Assembly: GCA_028699155.1 (NCBI GenBank)
Contig: JAQVVD010000002.1
Span: forward strand, 25,773-89,772
DNA: 64,000 bases
Direction: 5' to 3'
From: Candidatus Peribacteraceae bacterium
GTDB taxonomy: Bacteria; Patescibacteriota; Gracilibacteria; Peribacterales; Peribacteraceae
The notes beneath the pieces were generated by a model that did no database searches, was not told the DNA's origin, and was given only the letters and a program-made list of their open reading frames with translations. The first letter of the stretch is position 1. Every line of letters starts with the position of its first letter. Both the position numbers and the translations under genes were made by a program. This document shows, in pieces, positions 1-9,700 of this stretch.

Positions 1-975
1 GACGAGAAGCCATAGTGCAGAAAATACCTTCCGTTTTTCTTTAATGAGTAAATATATGCATATGCATACATACAAAGGTACCCCCAAAATAAAGAACCAG
101 TGGTAGCCAATAAATGTTATCAGCTGCATTGGCTGCGAGAGAAAACTACTGAGTGATGTAATGAAATTTGTATCAAGAGTCATCCAGAAGAGGTCACTGA
201 TGTCCTGATAATTTTTAATGTATCCAATACCCAATGTATAATATGTCAAACATACAATCATTGGAATACCTACCCACATATTGCGGAGTGCAAATCTTGT
301 CGAAAAAACTTCTCTCAAATGTTTCTGCCTGAGAACAAGCAGGAAAAATACAATAATGCTGGTGGGTTTTACCAAGAGCGCCGTACTCCCCAGCAGTATG
401 GGGAAAAATATTTTTTCTCTACTCAAAAAGAGTCCAACGGCCAGTGTGCCGAGAATCATTGCAAAATAGTCTGGCATAATTTTCCCAGAAACAGATGCTG
501 CAATTGAAAATATCGGAAGAATCAGCATAGCCGGGCTGATATCTCTATTGGCAACTGTGACGCCTTTCCATGCTTTGTAATTTATCCAGCTCAAACCAAA
601 AAACATTAGGATGATCATAAGGTATGCAATGATCCTTCCGTTCTCTATCCCAAGCATAAAACTCGGCGCCAATATCAAATTGAGCAATGGAAATTCTGTT
701 GGCAGAATTCCGGTATTGTCACCGCTTTGCAATAATGCAGGTAGGTACCATGGGTTATTACTATTTTCTACTGTCCATCTAGACCAATAGCGTATCGCTA
801 TTCCTATTGTATGTAACTCCCGTGTGCCAAATGGAAGGTCGGGAGGCAACGGACTTCGAAGTATAAGAACGCCGATCCGCAAGAGCAGCAAGCCTATGGT
901 CGTAGATACAAACAGTCGCGTTATTGTTGTTCTGGTCGTTTTTGGAAACATATTCCTCATAAGGATACCATGCAT
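1..975 (-). CDS. polytopic membrane protein, C-terminus cut by window edge; possibly GT-C-type (ArnT/PMT-like) glycosyltransferase or polymerase
   Basis: Absent from supplied ORF track because it runs off the window. My own reverse-complement translation from ATG at 975 (in-frame TAA at 978-976 just upstream) is stop-free to position 1: MHGILMRNMFPKTTRTTITRLFVSTTIGLLLLRIGVLIL... with many hydrophobic helices. Co-oriented with and 64 nt downstream of gene 1040-2530. GC about 35-38% by hand count versus about 60% next door. Function call is weak. Confidence 0.6.
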   Translation of the reverse strand, partial: MHGILMRNMFPKTTRTTITRLFVSTTIGLLLLRIGVLILRSPLPPDLPFGTRELHTIGIAIRYWSRWTVENSNNPWYLPALLQSGDNTGILPTEFPLLNLILAPSFMLGIENGRIIAYLMIILMFFGLSWINYKAWKGVTVANRDISPAMLILPIFSIAASVSGKIMPDYFAMILGTLAVGLFLSREKIFFPILLGSTALLVKPTSIIVFFLLVLRQKHLREVFSTRFALRNMWVGIPMIVCLTYYTLGIGYIKNYQDISDLFWMTLDTNFITSLSSFLSQPMQLITFIGYHWFFILGVPLYVCICIYLLIKEKRKVFSALWLLV

Positions 976-1039
976 TTAGTTTATTGATACCGAGATTCGT
1001 ATGTGCCTTTACTACTTTTTTCCGTTTCCCTTTCCCCTA

Positions 1040-2530
1040 CTACAATCCTGCCTCCTGCTTGCATCGTACCTCGTGCCATTTGGGGACGCCGGGTTTCGTG
1101 TCTTCAAAACTGCCGTCCACATACGGGAAACACTCATCTGTCAGCACAAATTTGAGCACTGCATCCAACTGTGTATTGCATGGGCGGAATAGGCAGGTTG
1201 TCCGCAGGAAGAACGCCAGTTTTCTTGCAAGATTCCTGCCGCCCATGTCCTTTTTACTCGCCACTTCCGCCAGTACTCTCATCTCCTTGCGGACCATGGC
1301 GAGCTCCCGTTGCAATTGCAGATATGGGTCAGATGCCTTCGCGACGATTGCCGCTTCCTTCCTCGCCTGCCGGATATTCCAGTCACGGAAGAAGATCCTC
1401 CCGAATTCCCGCATGACGCGTTCCGTGAAGGGCAGCGACTCCTCCCTCTTTTCCGCTTTTGCCTGATCGGCATCGGCCACGAATTCGTCCGGGTATTTAA
1501 AGTCATCCGCTTGTGGGCGTACCTCGCCCCAGTACGTACGCATTTCCATGAATTCCCGCGCCAGCGTCGGTTCGTCTTTCACGAAGGAGAACGGTCCCCG
1601 TTTTTCCATGCGGGTTCCCCCCATTTTGAAGAGAGCGTTCTTCAGGATTTTGCCCGTTACCTGAGACGCAGTCTCACTTGAGTCAATGCATCCGAATTTC
1701 TCTCTGTGCACGCGTGCCTGTCCCCAGTGGCTCATGTCGGGATTCTCATTCCCGGTGAACGCATTCATTTCCATGATGATGTCCTTCAAGTTCGCCACAT
1801 TCGACAGGAATTCATCCTTGCGTGCCAGTAGCGTTTCCAGCGAGGAGTACTCTTCTCCTACAGAAGCAATACTCCTCAGATTCCCCATTGCTTCCAAATC
1901 GCAGCCGTAGCCCAGCGCCGTCGGAGGGAGGTAGTTGCTGTGGAACGGGCAAACAGGATCAGGCTGTTCCTGCCCGCCGGCATTCTGCTGCGGTTCCTCA
2001 AAAATCTGTACGATATGCCACCCCTCATCGACGTACATCGGGTCATTCGCGCCCGCGAGCAGATTGCGGTATCGTTCGTTCAAGAAGCGCAACACGCCTT
2101 TCAAATACGCGATTTTGCCTATATTCACGCTGGAAGATGACAGCGTTTCACTGCTCAATTTGCAGCGCACCTTCTCCATTTCCGCCTCCAGAATGAGCAG
2201 GTCGGCAAACAGGCAGGGGGTACTCTCTCTAAATCCCCGTTCCTCCTGCGACACGCGCAGCTCCGTATCCACCAGCTCGGCGATTGCGCCCGTTACTTCG
2301 CTCAGCCACGGGAAGAACAGAGAAGCCACTTCCAGATTGACATCTGAAAAAGCCTCTGCCGCCTGAATGCCCTGCTCCGCCCGTTCGATTGCCTTCTTCG
2401 TATAGTGGCTCGAGACCGGAGTAATCCCCAAGACCGTTGCCGATACTCCGGATGGGCAACTGGCTGCCAGCGCCTCTCCCGTGAAGGAGAGGAGGCAAAA
2501 GCCGATTGCAAGGAGGAAGGGGGTTCTCAT
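1040..2530 (-). CDS. secreted hypothetical protein, 496 aa (operon gene 5)
   Basis: Longest ORF in region. Signal-peptide-like N-terminus MRTPFLLAIGFCLLSFTGEALAAS. Its ATG overlaps the upstream stop (ATGA, 2527-2530). No family recognised. Confidence 0.8.
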   Translation of the reverse strand: MRTPFLLAIGFCLLSFTGEALAASCPSGVSATVLGITPVSSHYTKKAIERAEQGIQAAEAFSDVNLEVASLFFPWLSEVTGAIAELVDTELRVSQEERGFRESTPCLFADLLILEAEMEKVRCKLSSETLSSSSVNIGKIAYLKGVLRFLNERYRNLLAGANDPMYVDEGWHIVQIFEEPQQNAGGQEQPDPVCPFHSNYLPPTALGYGCDLEAMGNLRSIASVGEEYSSLETLLARKDEFLSNVANLKDIIMEMNAFTGNENPDMSHWGQARVHREKFGCIDSSETASQVTGKILKNALFKMGGTRMEKRGPFSFVKDEPTLAREFMEMRTYWGEVRPQADDFKYPDEFVADADQAKAEKREESLPFTERVMREFGRIFFRDWNIRQARKEAAIVAKASDPYLQLQRELAMVRKEMRVLAEVASKKDMGGRNLARKLAFFLRTTCLFRPCNTQLDAVLKFVLTDECFPYVDGSFEDTKPGVPKWHEVRCKQEAGL

Positions 2531-4983
2531 TCGCGGAAAATTTCACAATCCCCGGTAGAGTTGCGGGGGCAGGCGACGGTCGGAAAAGCAGTTTCACCCA
2601 TTTGTCTTCCGAACGTGCCTGCCGCCCGGAGAAGTTCGCTGAATTCTTTCAGAGCTTTCTCCAAATACTCCCCGTAGAGCGTGGAGCCGATTCTTGTCGC
2701 GATATTCCCCACGCTTTCCTGTAAGTTCGCAGTGTCGTCTATTTGCCCTTTGTCCTGCTCGACTAAGCTTAAGGCAGTACTGAAGTACGTCTGCAAAGGC
2801 AACGAAAGGCGCTTACCCGGGCTAAAAGCGCACAGAATAGGCGGAGAGAGACGCGGCAGGCCATTCATCTGGCAGAGGAGCGTATCGAGCTGTTGCAGGA
2901 GCTCCTGTCCTCTGTAGGGCGGCAGGAAGGTACGTGTGAGCGGGGGGACGGTGACGAATGTCGCGAGCTGCGGATCCTCGTTCATGCAGGAATCCCAGGG
3001 GAAGGCTTCGTCCTGCGTGACGTAGGGAACGCGCCCCGGGATCAGCCTGTGTTCTTCCAGCGATTCTTCAATGCACTGTCCGATGTAGCAGAGATTATTC
3101 CCAATCGTATTCTCGTACTGGGCCTCGCACCCGGGGCGGCAACTTGCCCTCAGAGATTCTTTTATGGAGAGTGCGCGTCCGTCTAGGTTGGTGATCGCAT
3201 CCTGACAGCTCGGCGCATTCTCGTCTTTCAGCGCCTCAGCGAGTTCTTCCATTCTCTTTTGGTATGCCGCTTCATCCGCCGGCGGACCGGTGCAGGCGTA
3301 TTCCCAATTGCTGCAACTGTCATTTGCGAGCATGGCAGCGCACTCTTCTATAGAAATGTTGGTTGTATCCAGCAGGCCATCTTCTGCTGTTGCCTTGCAG
3401 GCGATGAGATAGGGGAGGTACTCCTTCTCGCAACAGGTTTCCCTGTTAGTCTGGGGATTGATTTCTGTCTCCGGCGGCAGGTTGCACAACTGCTGCGCAT
3501 GTATCAGCTCATGGATGATAATGTAACGGGGATCCATGATGCTGTGTTGCGTAATGGCAATGGGGATAATGCCATCAACCGTTTTTTTGTACGTCGCGCC
3601 GCCGCTTATGTCTCTACAGAAGAGATCCACGACGCAGTTCGCGCATGGTCCCGGGGAGAGCGCATTCCCGTCTTCCGCTGGGGTGTCCTTCCTTAGCTCT
3701 TCCAGATCTACAGGCGTGCGCCAGCCGCCGCGTTGGCAGATATCCGGACCAGACGCTGTTTCCAGAATCGGTGAGGCGTACGGTTTGCAGGCGGCAAGGG
3801 TTATTGCGTTCTCGTCCCCATCAAATTCCTCTCCCTGGATCGGACAATGTTCCACAAACTGTTTTCTGCACAGGTATCCTCTCTGGGCGAACGGGTGCGA
3901 ACATATGCCATGTTTGGGAGCAGGTATGGCGGGCGGTTCCGGATATATTCCGCTCAGGACAGGAGTTCCTTCAGCGTGCAGCATGGGGAGAACGGGTTCC
4001 AGGGGCATACGCCAGAGGATGCCGACGTCATCTCTCTTCACCCAGAGCACCGCATCGCTCATTCCGGGGACTCCCAGCCCCTTGACCGGGAAGACTGCTG
4101 TATCTTTCGGTCCCAAATCCACGAAATCCTCCCGCGGCAGTTTCTGCCAAATGTTGTGCATTTCTCTTTCTAAGTCGCACCATCGTTTCCCGAGCATTTG
4201 GAGGTCTGTGCCTGCATATGGATTCGCCGCATTGTTTGAGCAGCTGTAGGCGAATGATTCGGGGTCATCTTCTTCTCCCGCCAGTTGCGCCGCGCTCTTC
4301 CCTTCCATCTGAACTTCCTGGTAGCCGTTGCGGTAGCGGAAGAACGCCGCCACAAGCTCGCCATAGTCCTCCTTCTGCGTCTCTCCCGCGTTCTCTATCA
4401 TCACCATTCCGCCCAGTATTCTCTCTATTGATTGGACGTGCGGCTTGATCGTGTCCGGCAGCTCCAGCTGTTTCATGCGCACCTGGTCCACAGGATTCGT
4501 CATGCGGTCCGTGCCTGATTGCCACAGAAGCGTTGCCTTGGGCAATTTGGTTGCAATCGCGTTCTCCCTCCCCGTATGGCCATCCATCTCCGGCTCGTAG
4601 CTGGATGCAATGAGTTGCAGCTCCCTCCCCAGCGCCCGGATCCACGCTTCCTTCCTCGCCAGTTCACTCAACTGTTCGGCGAACCCTTGGCATTCGCTTA
4701 TCCACACATCCCCAACTGTCTGCGCGATATCCTCGCAGACAGTCGCGTATTTCTTCTGCAGGCTGAGATCCACATGTTTCTCCTCAACAGGGAACTTCTC
4801 ATCCCCGAGCACGAGTGGCGCAAATTTCTGTATGGGCAACTCAGATACAAAATCCTGCTGGTCATACTCTGTCATCATGCGCATCTCGTCATAGAGGGTT
4901 CCCATTCCCAGCGCGTAGGCGCCCGCCGGCAGGAGAAGCAGTGATACGCAGCCGATACTCATGAAGGTGAAACGCATGGTCAT
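2527..4983 (-). CDS. secreted Cys-rich hypothetical protein, 818 aa, with HExxH motif (operon gene 4)
   Basis: Signal peptide MTMRFTFMSIGCVSLLLLPAGAYALG. About 30 Cys by my count. HELIH (residues 491-495) encoded at 3499-3513 in context RYIIIHELIHAQQLC. ATGA overlaps at both ends (4980-4983 and 2527-2530). Confidence 0.8.
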   Translation of the reverse strand: MTMRFTFMSIGCVSLLLLPAGAYALGMGTLYDEMRMMTEYDQQDFVSELPIQKFAPLVLGDEKFPVEEKHVDLSLQKKYATVCEDIAQTVGDVWISECQGFAEQLSELARKEAWIRALGRELQLIASSYEPEMDGHTGRENAIATKLPKATLLWQSGTDRMTNPVDQVRMKQLELPDTIKPHVQSIERILGGMVMIENAGETQKEDYGELVAAFFRYRNGYQEVQMEGKSAAQLAGEEDDPESFAYSCSNNAANPYAGTDLQMLGKRWCDLEREMHNIWQKLPREDFVDLGPKDTAVFPVKGLGVPGMSDAVLWVKRDDVGILWRMPLEPVLPMLHAEGTPVLSGIYPEPPAIPAPKHGICSHPFAQRGYLCRKQFVEHCPIQGEEFDGDENAITLAACKPYASPILETASGPDICQRGGWRTPVDLEELRKDTPAEDGNALSPGPCANCVVDLFCRDISGGATYKKTVDGIIPIAITQHSIMDPRYIIIHELIHAQQLCNLPPETEINPQTNRETCCEKEYLPYLIACKATAEDGLLDTTNISIEECAAMLANDSCSNWEYACTGPPADEAAYQKRMEELAEALKDENAPSCQDAITNLDGRALSIKESLRASCRPGCEAQYENTIGNNLCYIGQCIEESLEEHRLIPGRVPYVTQDEAFPWDSCMNEDPQLATFVTVPPLTRTFLPPYRGQELLQQLDTLLCQMNGLPRLSPPILCAFSPGKRLSLPLQTYFSTALSLVEQDKGQIDDTANLQESVGNIATRIGSTLYGEYLEKALKEFSELLRAAGTFGRQMGETAFPTVACPRNSTGDCEIFRE

Positions 4984-5765
4984 TTCAGGTCACGCATGGG
5001 ATCTTTGGCATCCCACGCGCGCGGGAGGCAGGCAGATGCTTCTGCCGCCGCCGCGAGAGCATTGCGGAAATCTTTGGTGGCTCTGTCAAAACACTCCACT
5101 TCCATCTCCAGAGACCGCAGCCTGCCGTAACCGTTCAGCAGCAGCAATACCCGGTTGAGCGAGGTGCGGGAGACCGCAATTTCGTGCCGGATCTTGCGTT
5201 CCTGTTTCTGGAATTCCCGGAACACGTTTCCCCACCACAGGATGGCGTCTTTCTGCCCATAGATTGCCTGCATTTCTTTCATGACATCCCCGAAGAGGTA
5301 GAAGTATCGTCCCACCAGCGCACACTCATACATTCTCAGGTGTTCCAGCAGCACGGTGTTCGTGTCCATGTAGCTGAGTTGCGCCAAATCCTGAGGGTCT
5401 TCCCAGGGGGGAAGCTGTCCCGCCAGCGCCAGCATGTTTCTTCCTGCGGGCAACAGGGTTTCCAGCGAGTCGCTCAGGCAGTCGATTTCGGAGCCGTCCA
5501 TCGATCGGTATTCTTCCACGATCACATTGACTCTCTCGTTGTATTCTCTGCTCCAAATATCAATCACATCTTCCTCTCCCTCCCCCAGTTCCTGCGGAGG
5601 AACCCATCGGAAGAGATTCAGGTGCTCGCTCCTTCCGCATGCGCCCAGAATCGGGTAATGGTCCTCAGGATTTCCTGCAGAGAACTGCGCCGTGAGATGA
5701 GGGGACTTTCCCTGCAAGAATGTCACTGCCAGCAATGCAAGCAGGATGCCGGTCAGCAGCCCCAT
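4980..5765 (-). CDS. secreted/membrane-anchored hypothetical protein, 261 aa (operon gene 3)
   Basis: Hydrophobic N-terminus MGLLTGILLALLAVTFLQG. Its stop overlaps the downstream start (ATGA 4980-4983). Lies 25 nt after the upstream gene. Confidence 0.75.
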   Translation of the reverse strand: MGLLTGILLALLAVTFLQGKSPHLTAQFSAGNPEDHYPILGACGRSEHLNLFRWVPPQELGEGEEDVIDIWSREYNERVNVIVEEYRSMDGSEIDCLSDSLETLLPAGRNMLALAGQLPPWEDPQDLAQLSYMDTNTVLLEHLRMYECALVGRYFYLFGDVMKEMQAIYGQKDAILWWGNVFREFQKQERKIRHEIAVSRTSLNRVLLLLNGYGRLRSLEMEVECFDRATKDFRNALAAAAEASACLPRAWDAKDPMRDLK

Positions 5766-5790
5766 CTTTCTCGCCGGTGAATGACAGGGA

Positions 5791-6780
5791 TTACTTGGTA
5801 TCTTCTATAGGGGAAGCGTCACAGTTGCCCAGGAAGCAGGGGATGCGGTTGTACTGGCCGATGATGTTGGTTGCCTGGCGGATGGTGAACGTGAGCGGCC
5901 ATTTGAGCTCCTGCAGAGACAGGTCGAAATTCCCTGCGAACTGCAGGATGGTGCGGTATGCCGCATCATACTCCACGGCGAATTTCAGCAGATCTGCCTC
6001 GCGGCGCAGCATCTCATTCCCGATGAGAATGCAGTATCGCTGCACTCTTGCCGCCTCCGATTCCTGCCGCTCTTCTATCGCAAAACGGCAGGCAGGAATG
6101 AGCATCCGCTCTTCCGGCAGGCAGCCGGGAACGTTCAGTTGCGCCGATGGTTCCGTGGTGGCAATGGAAGCGTTGACAGTATCGCAAACGTACTGCGTTC
6201 GGCACTGGAAGGTGCGCATGCTGGAGACCAGGAATGGAATGAGCTCCGATGTGAGCATTCGCTGCGTGTCGAAAATCCCGCGCCTTGCCTCCAGCTCCGA
6301 GCTGGTCCCATCGGTTTTTCCCTCATCGAATTCCATGTCTTCATCCTTTTGGAAACTCAGAGCCGTTTTCCAGCCATCCAACGTTTTGAACCACAGAATG
6401 CCGCTCTCGTCCGAGAAGGTCGTACCGATAGGCGCCCGTGCCGCGGCATCCGGGTCCATGCCAAACGCCTCTGCCGCTTCCGCATCACTTTTCTTCGTAT
6501 CCTGGCTTCCCTTTCCAGAAAGAGACGCCCAGTTCTTCTCTCCCCTCACATTCTTTACTTTGATCCAGGGATCCCCATCTTTGTCGAATTTCACCTTACC
6601 CAATGTCGCCCCCGTAGCCGATGGTTCCCCAAAGAGCACTGCGCGATAGAAACGTTGTTCTTTTGCGAGTTGGTCATGCACGGCGTTCTTGCAGAGGTCT
6701 TCGCTCGCCTGTGCTGCGCAGAGTGCAGGGAGCAATCCCGCTGCCAGCAAACATCCGGTATACAGCAGACGTTTTCTCAT
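5791..6780 (-). CDS. secreted hypothetical protein, 329 aa (operon gene 2)
   Basis: Track ORF 5791..7026 trimmed to the internal ATG at 6780, which gives signal peptide MRKRLLYTGCLLAAGLLPALCAAQA and overlaps the upstream stop (ATGA 6777-6780). The 82-aa extension upstream has no signal peptide and overlaps gene 6777-9842. Confidence 0.75.
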   Translation of the reverse strand: MRKRLLYTGCLLAAGLLPALCAAQASEDLCKNAVHDQLAKEQRFYRAVLFGEPSATGATLGKVKFDKDGDPWIKVKNVRGEKNWASLSGKGSQDTKKSDAEAAEAFGMDPDAAARAPIGTTFSDESGILWFKTLDGWKTALSFQKDEDMEFDEGKTDGTSSELEARRGIFDTQRMLTSELIPFLVSSMRTFQCRTQYVCDTVNASIATTEPSAQLNVPGCLPEERMLIPACRFAIEERQESEAARVQRYCILIGNEMLRREADLLKFAVEYDAAYRTILQFAGNFDLSLQELKWPLTFTIRQATNIIGQYNRIPCFLGNCDASPIEDTK

Positions 6781-9700
6781 CTCTCTTCTTTGGAAGGGGC
6801 GAATAGGAGCACGATTTCCACGGGGATATCGAACGAAACAACGACTTCTGCTGGCGGGCTCTGCAAATTGATACTCCTGGTGAGCGACTGCTCTATCATC
6901 TCGCTGCGGAGTCTGCCGATGAATTTCTCCTGCTCCTCTTCCGGCGGATAGCCGATTTCCCATCCGGCTTTCGCAAATGTTTGCTGCGGGTTCAGCAGGA
7001 CGCAAGCCCAGTCTTCCTTCTGGCATTCCAGCGGCTTGCGGAATTCTCCTGCAGAGAGGAAGTCCTCTTTCAGGAGAACGGCGGGGCGCGCGCCAATTCG
7101 GGTAAAGCGCTCAATCAGGTCCACTTCCACATGCCTGCATCGACCGGAGTTCGGACTCGCGCAGTCCAGTTCTTTCTGGTCTTTCACCTCGTGGAGCGTC
7201 TTCCAGAATACGGCGTACTCCTCGTCCATTTCCTCAATCACCTCGCGGATTTTTACCATTTGTTCCTTCGTCTTCGCAATGTCTATAGGCCAGTCTGGCG
7301 CTTGAACCATGGGCGGCAGATTCCTGCCTACCTCCACTTCCGGCACCTTCTCGCCGATGTCATCCGCGATCGAAGGAATGGGCGGGAGCGGCTGGAGTTT
7401 TGGGAAGGGCGGGTCGGGATTGTGATCACTGGGTGGTCGCAGGGCATCTGCGTTATAACTGATTTGTATCGGTTCCAGTACAGGAATGGCAATCGCACCG
7501 GTGGCGAGATGGAGCCTCGTGAGGTCGAAGACAAGATCCGGCGAGAGCATCCCTTGGAGAGTAGGGAGCCTCTTTGTCTCATCCGGATAACCATTTTCCA
7601 GTAGAGCGTCATTCTTCAGGTTTGGCCTGCCCGGCATCCACGGATCAAGCAGCGAGTAGATCGGCGTGGTGAAGCGATCGTTGCGGCACCACTGCAAATT
7701 GGTATCGTCATGGAAGTGCCGATAGGCTGCCTGTACTTTCTCCCACTCGGTTTTGAGATCCGCCATCGCCTGGCTGTTGCGCGTTTCCTGCCATGCGAAG
7801 AAGGTTTCCATAGTATCGAGCGCCCACCTGCCGACGTGCTCATTCATTTCATTATGGATTTTCAGATATTCCGCAAGGTAGCTGCTCAGTTCGGCTCGCA
7901 GTTGGCGATAGTCATCAATGCGATCCGCATACTCAGCCAGCCGATCCAGGAGTTTCTGTAAGTCGCCGCCGGCGTTCTCGCAGCTCTCCTCCTTGTTCTG
8001 GAATTTGTACCAGTGGCACCAGCCTTCCCGCAGCGCGCGCAGCTCCGTGGCGGAACCAAGGGGTACAGCGATCGGGATGCGCTCCTGCTCCACTTGCAGC
8101 AGGAGTGATTTTTCCAGGAATTCCGCTATCTCTCCCAGCAGGTCTTCGCGCAGTTCCAGCTGGATCTCTATCGGCTGCAAGAGCGTATTCTCCTTCCATT
8201 CGGCCAGTTCCTCCTCGGCAGGTTTCGTGATGAAGATCGGCTGGAGTGGGTCTAGGTCTATGGACCACGCTGGAGGCACCATGATTCGCAGCACCGGCGG
8301 GGTGAAGATTTTATTGCCTTCAGTCTGTTGTTCCTGCCACCACTCGACCAGTGTTCGTTTCAGGTTGGATTTTTCCGATTCTATCGGGTCGGTTGCAACC
8401 GTCTCATCGAATGCGCGGATGAGCGAGCCGCTTGAGACTGGTTTCTCCTCCGTCATTTGCACGGTGGCTCTCTGGTACTTGGACGGCATTTCCAGGAGAT
8501 GCACATCATCCGGCCCTCCATCATCCTCCAGATCATTGCGCCAGATTGTCATCTCTCCCTCCTGCGGCTCCTTCCCAAATGCGGGATCGGGGAAATCCAT
8601 ATCTTCCGCTGTTTCCCCTTTGCCTATCTGCGACGTGCGCATCCGTTCAATGGAAATATCCCTGTTACGGGAGATATCAATGACGCAATGTTTATCCTTT
8701 CGCATCACGATGCGCAGGCGCGGGTCGAACTCTGAATACCGTCCGTAGCAGCGGACAGCAATGCCGCCCTCCGCGTTGTTGTCTTTCGGTACTTCCGGTT
8801 TCACAGCATCCCGCGTGTAGGAGGCGGCTACATAGTTTCGATAGAAAGAAATGTACTGGCGCGATTGAATGTACTTTCTCTTCTTTCCATTCGGAAGTTC
8901 CGGTCCCTCCGTCACATCGGAAACAGGAATCTGCGCCCACGAAGGCGCTCTGCCGACACGGCAACCTGTTTCGTTAAAATTCCCCTTTGGCATGCGACCG
9001 AGCGTATTTCCGTGGGAATCTTGTGCGATAGCGCCCGGCGGGTCCACTGCCGCCCCATCTCCCTCGCATCGCAGACAGTTGCGGTTTGCATCCGGATGGC
9101 TCAGGCAGGCAGATCCTCCTTCGTTGCACGCTTCGTAATTCAATTGGGTGACAAGGACATTCGTGCAGCAGTAGAACCAACCGACGAACGTCACGCCGCC
9201 ATTGCAGTCCTGGGAGTTGGCTTCTGGCGGGCGGGATGGTTCATCCCGTGGGTTATTCCCCGTGTGTTCCTGGCATTCCTTACGAGGATATGTCACTGAT
9301 ACATTCCCCTCGTAATCAATCTTCACACATTGCCATTTGGGATACTGCCATCGATTTATCCTTGCACAGAGCTGCTGGCACTCGTTTGGATTTGCACACG
9401 GTGTTTTGCTGCTGGTATCCACGTAGTACGGCGGATTCCCCGGCCGGCAGGCAGTCGTCCATCCCAGGACGTTGTACCTGTCCGGGAACTGGTAGCCGTC
9501 ATTCAGTAATTGCCCCGTCTCCTCCCGCTCCGCCATTCCAAGCGTGATAAGCGCAAACGGATCCCCCTCCCTTCCGGGAAGACCCGAAACATCCGCGATG
9601 GTTTCTTCCGCGGATTTTTCCACATTCCATCCGCCGCACTGCGCCTGGTTTATATAGCTCTGCAATGCACTTACTGATTGTTCGACATTCTGGAATGTGT

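Noticed and set aside
5791-7026. N-terminal extensions of track ORFs (5791-7026, 21464-22732, 23635-24717, 32322-33560, 33443-34675, 54591-56225, 57849-59075, 59039-60073, 61000-61809).
   Set aside because: The extensions overlap the preceding gene or read through intergenic repeats and lack family similarity. Internal Met codons give canonical N-termini (signal peptide, Rossmann GxGxxG and so on), often with exact stop/start overlaps.
3536-8748. Plus-strand ORFs of 237-309 aa (3536-4249, 5720-6649, 6139-6951, 7918-8748) inside the secreted-protein operon.
   Set aside because: They are shorter than, and overlapped by, the minus-strand ORFs, which have signal peptides and ATGA coupling. The plus-strand translations are Ser/Arg/Pro-rich, which is typical of antisense reading.
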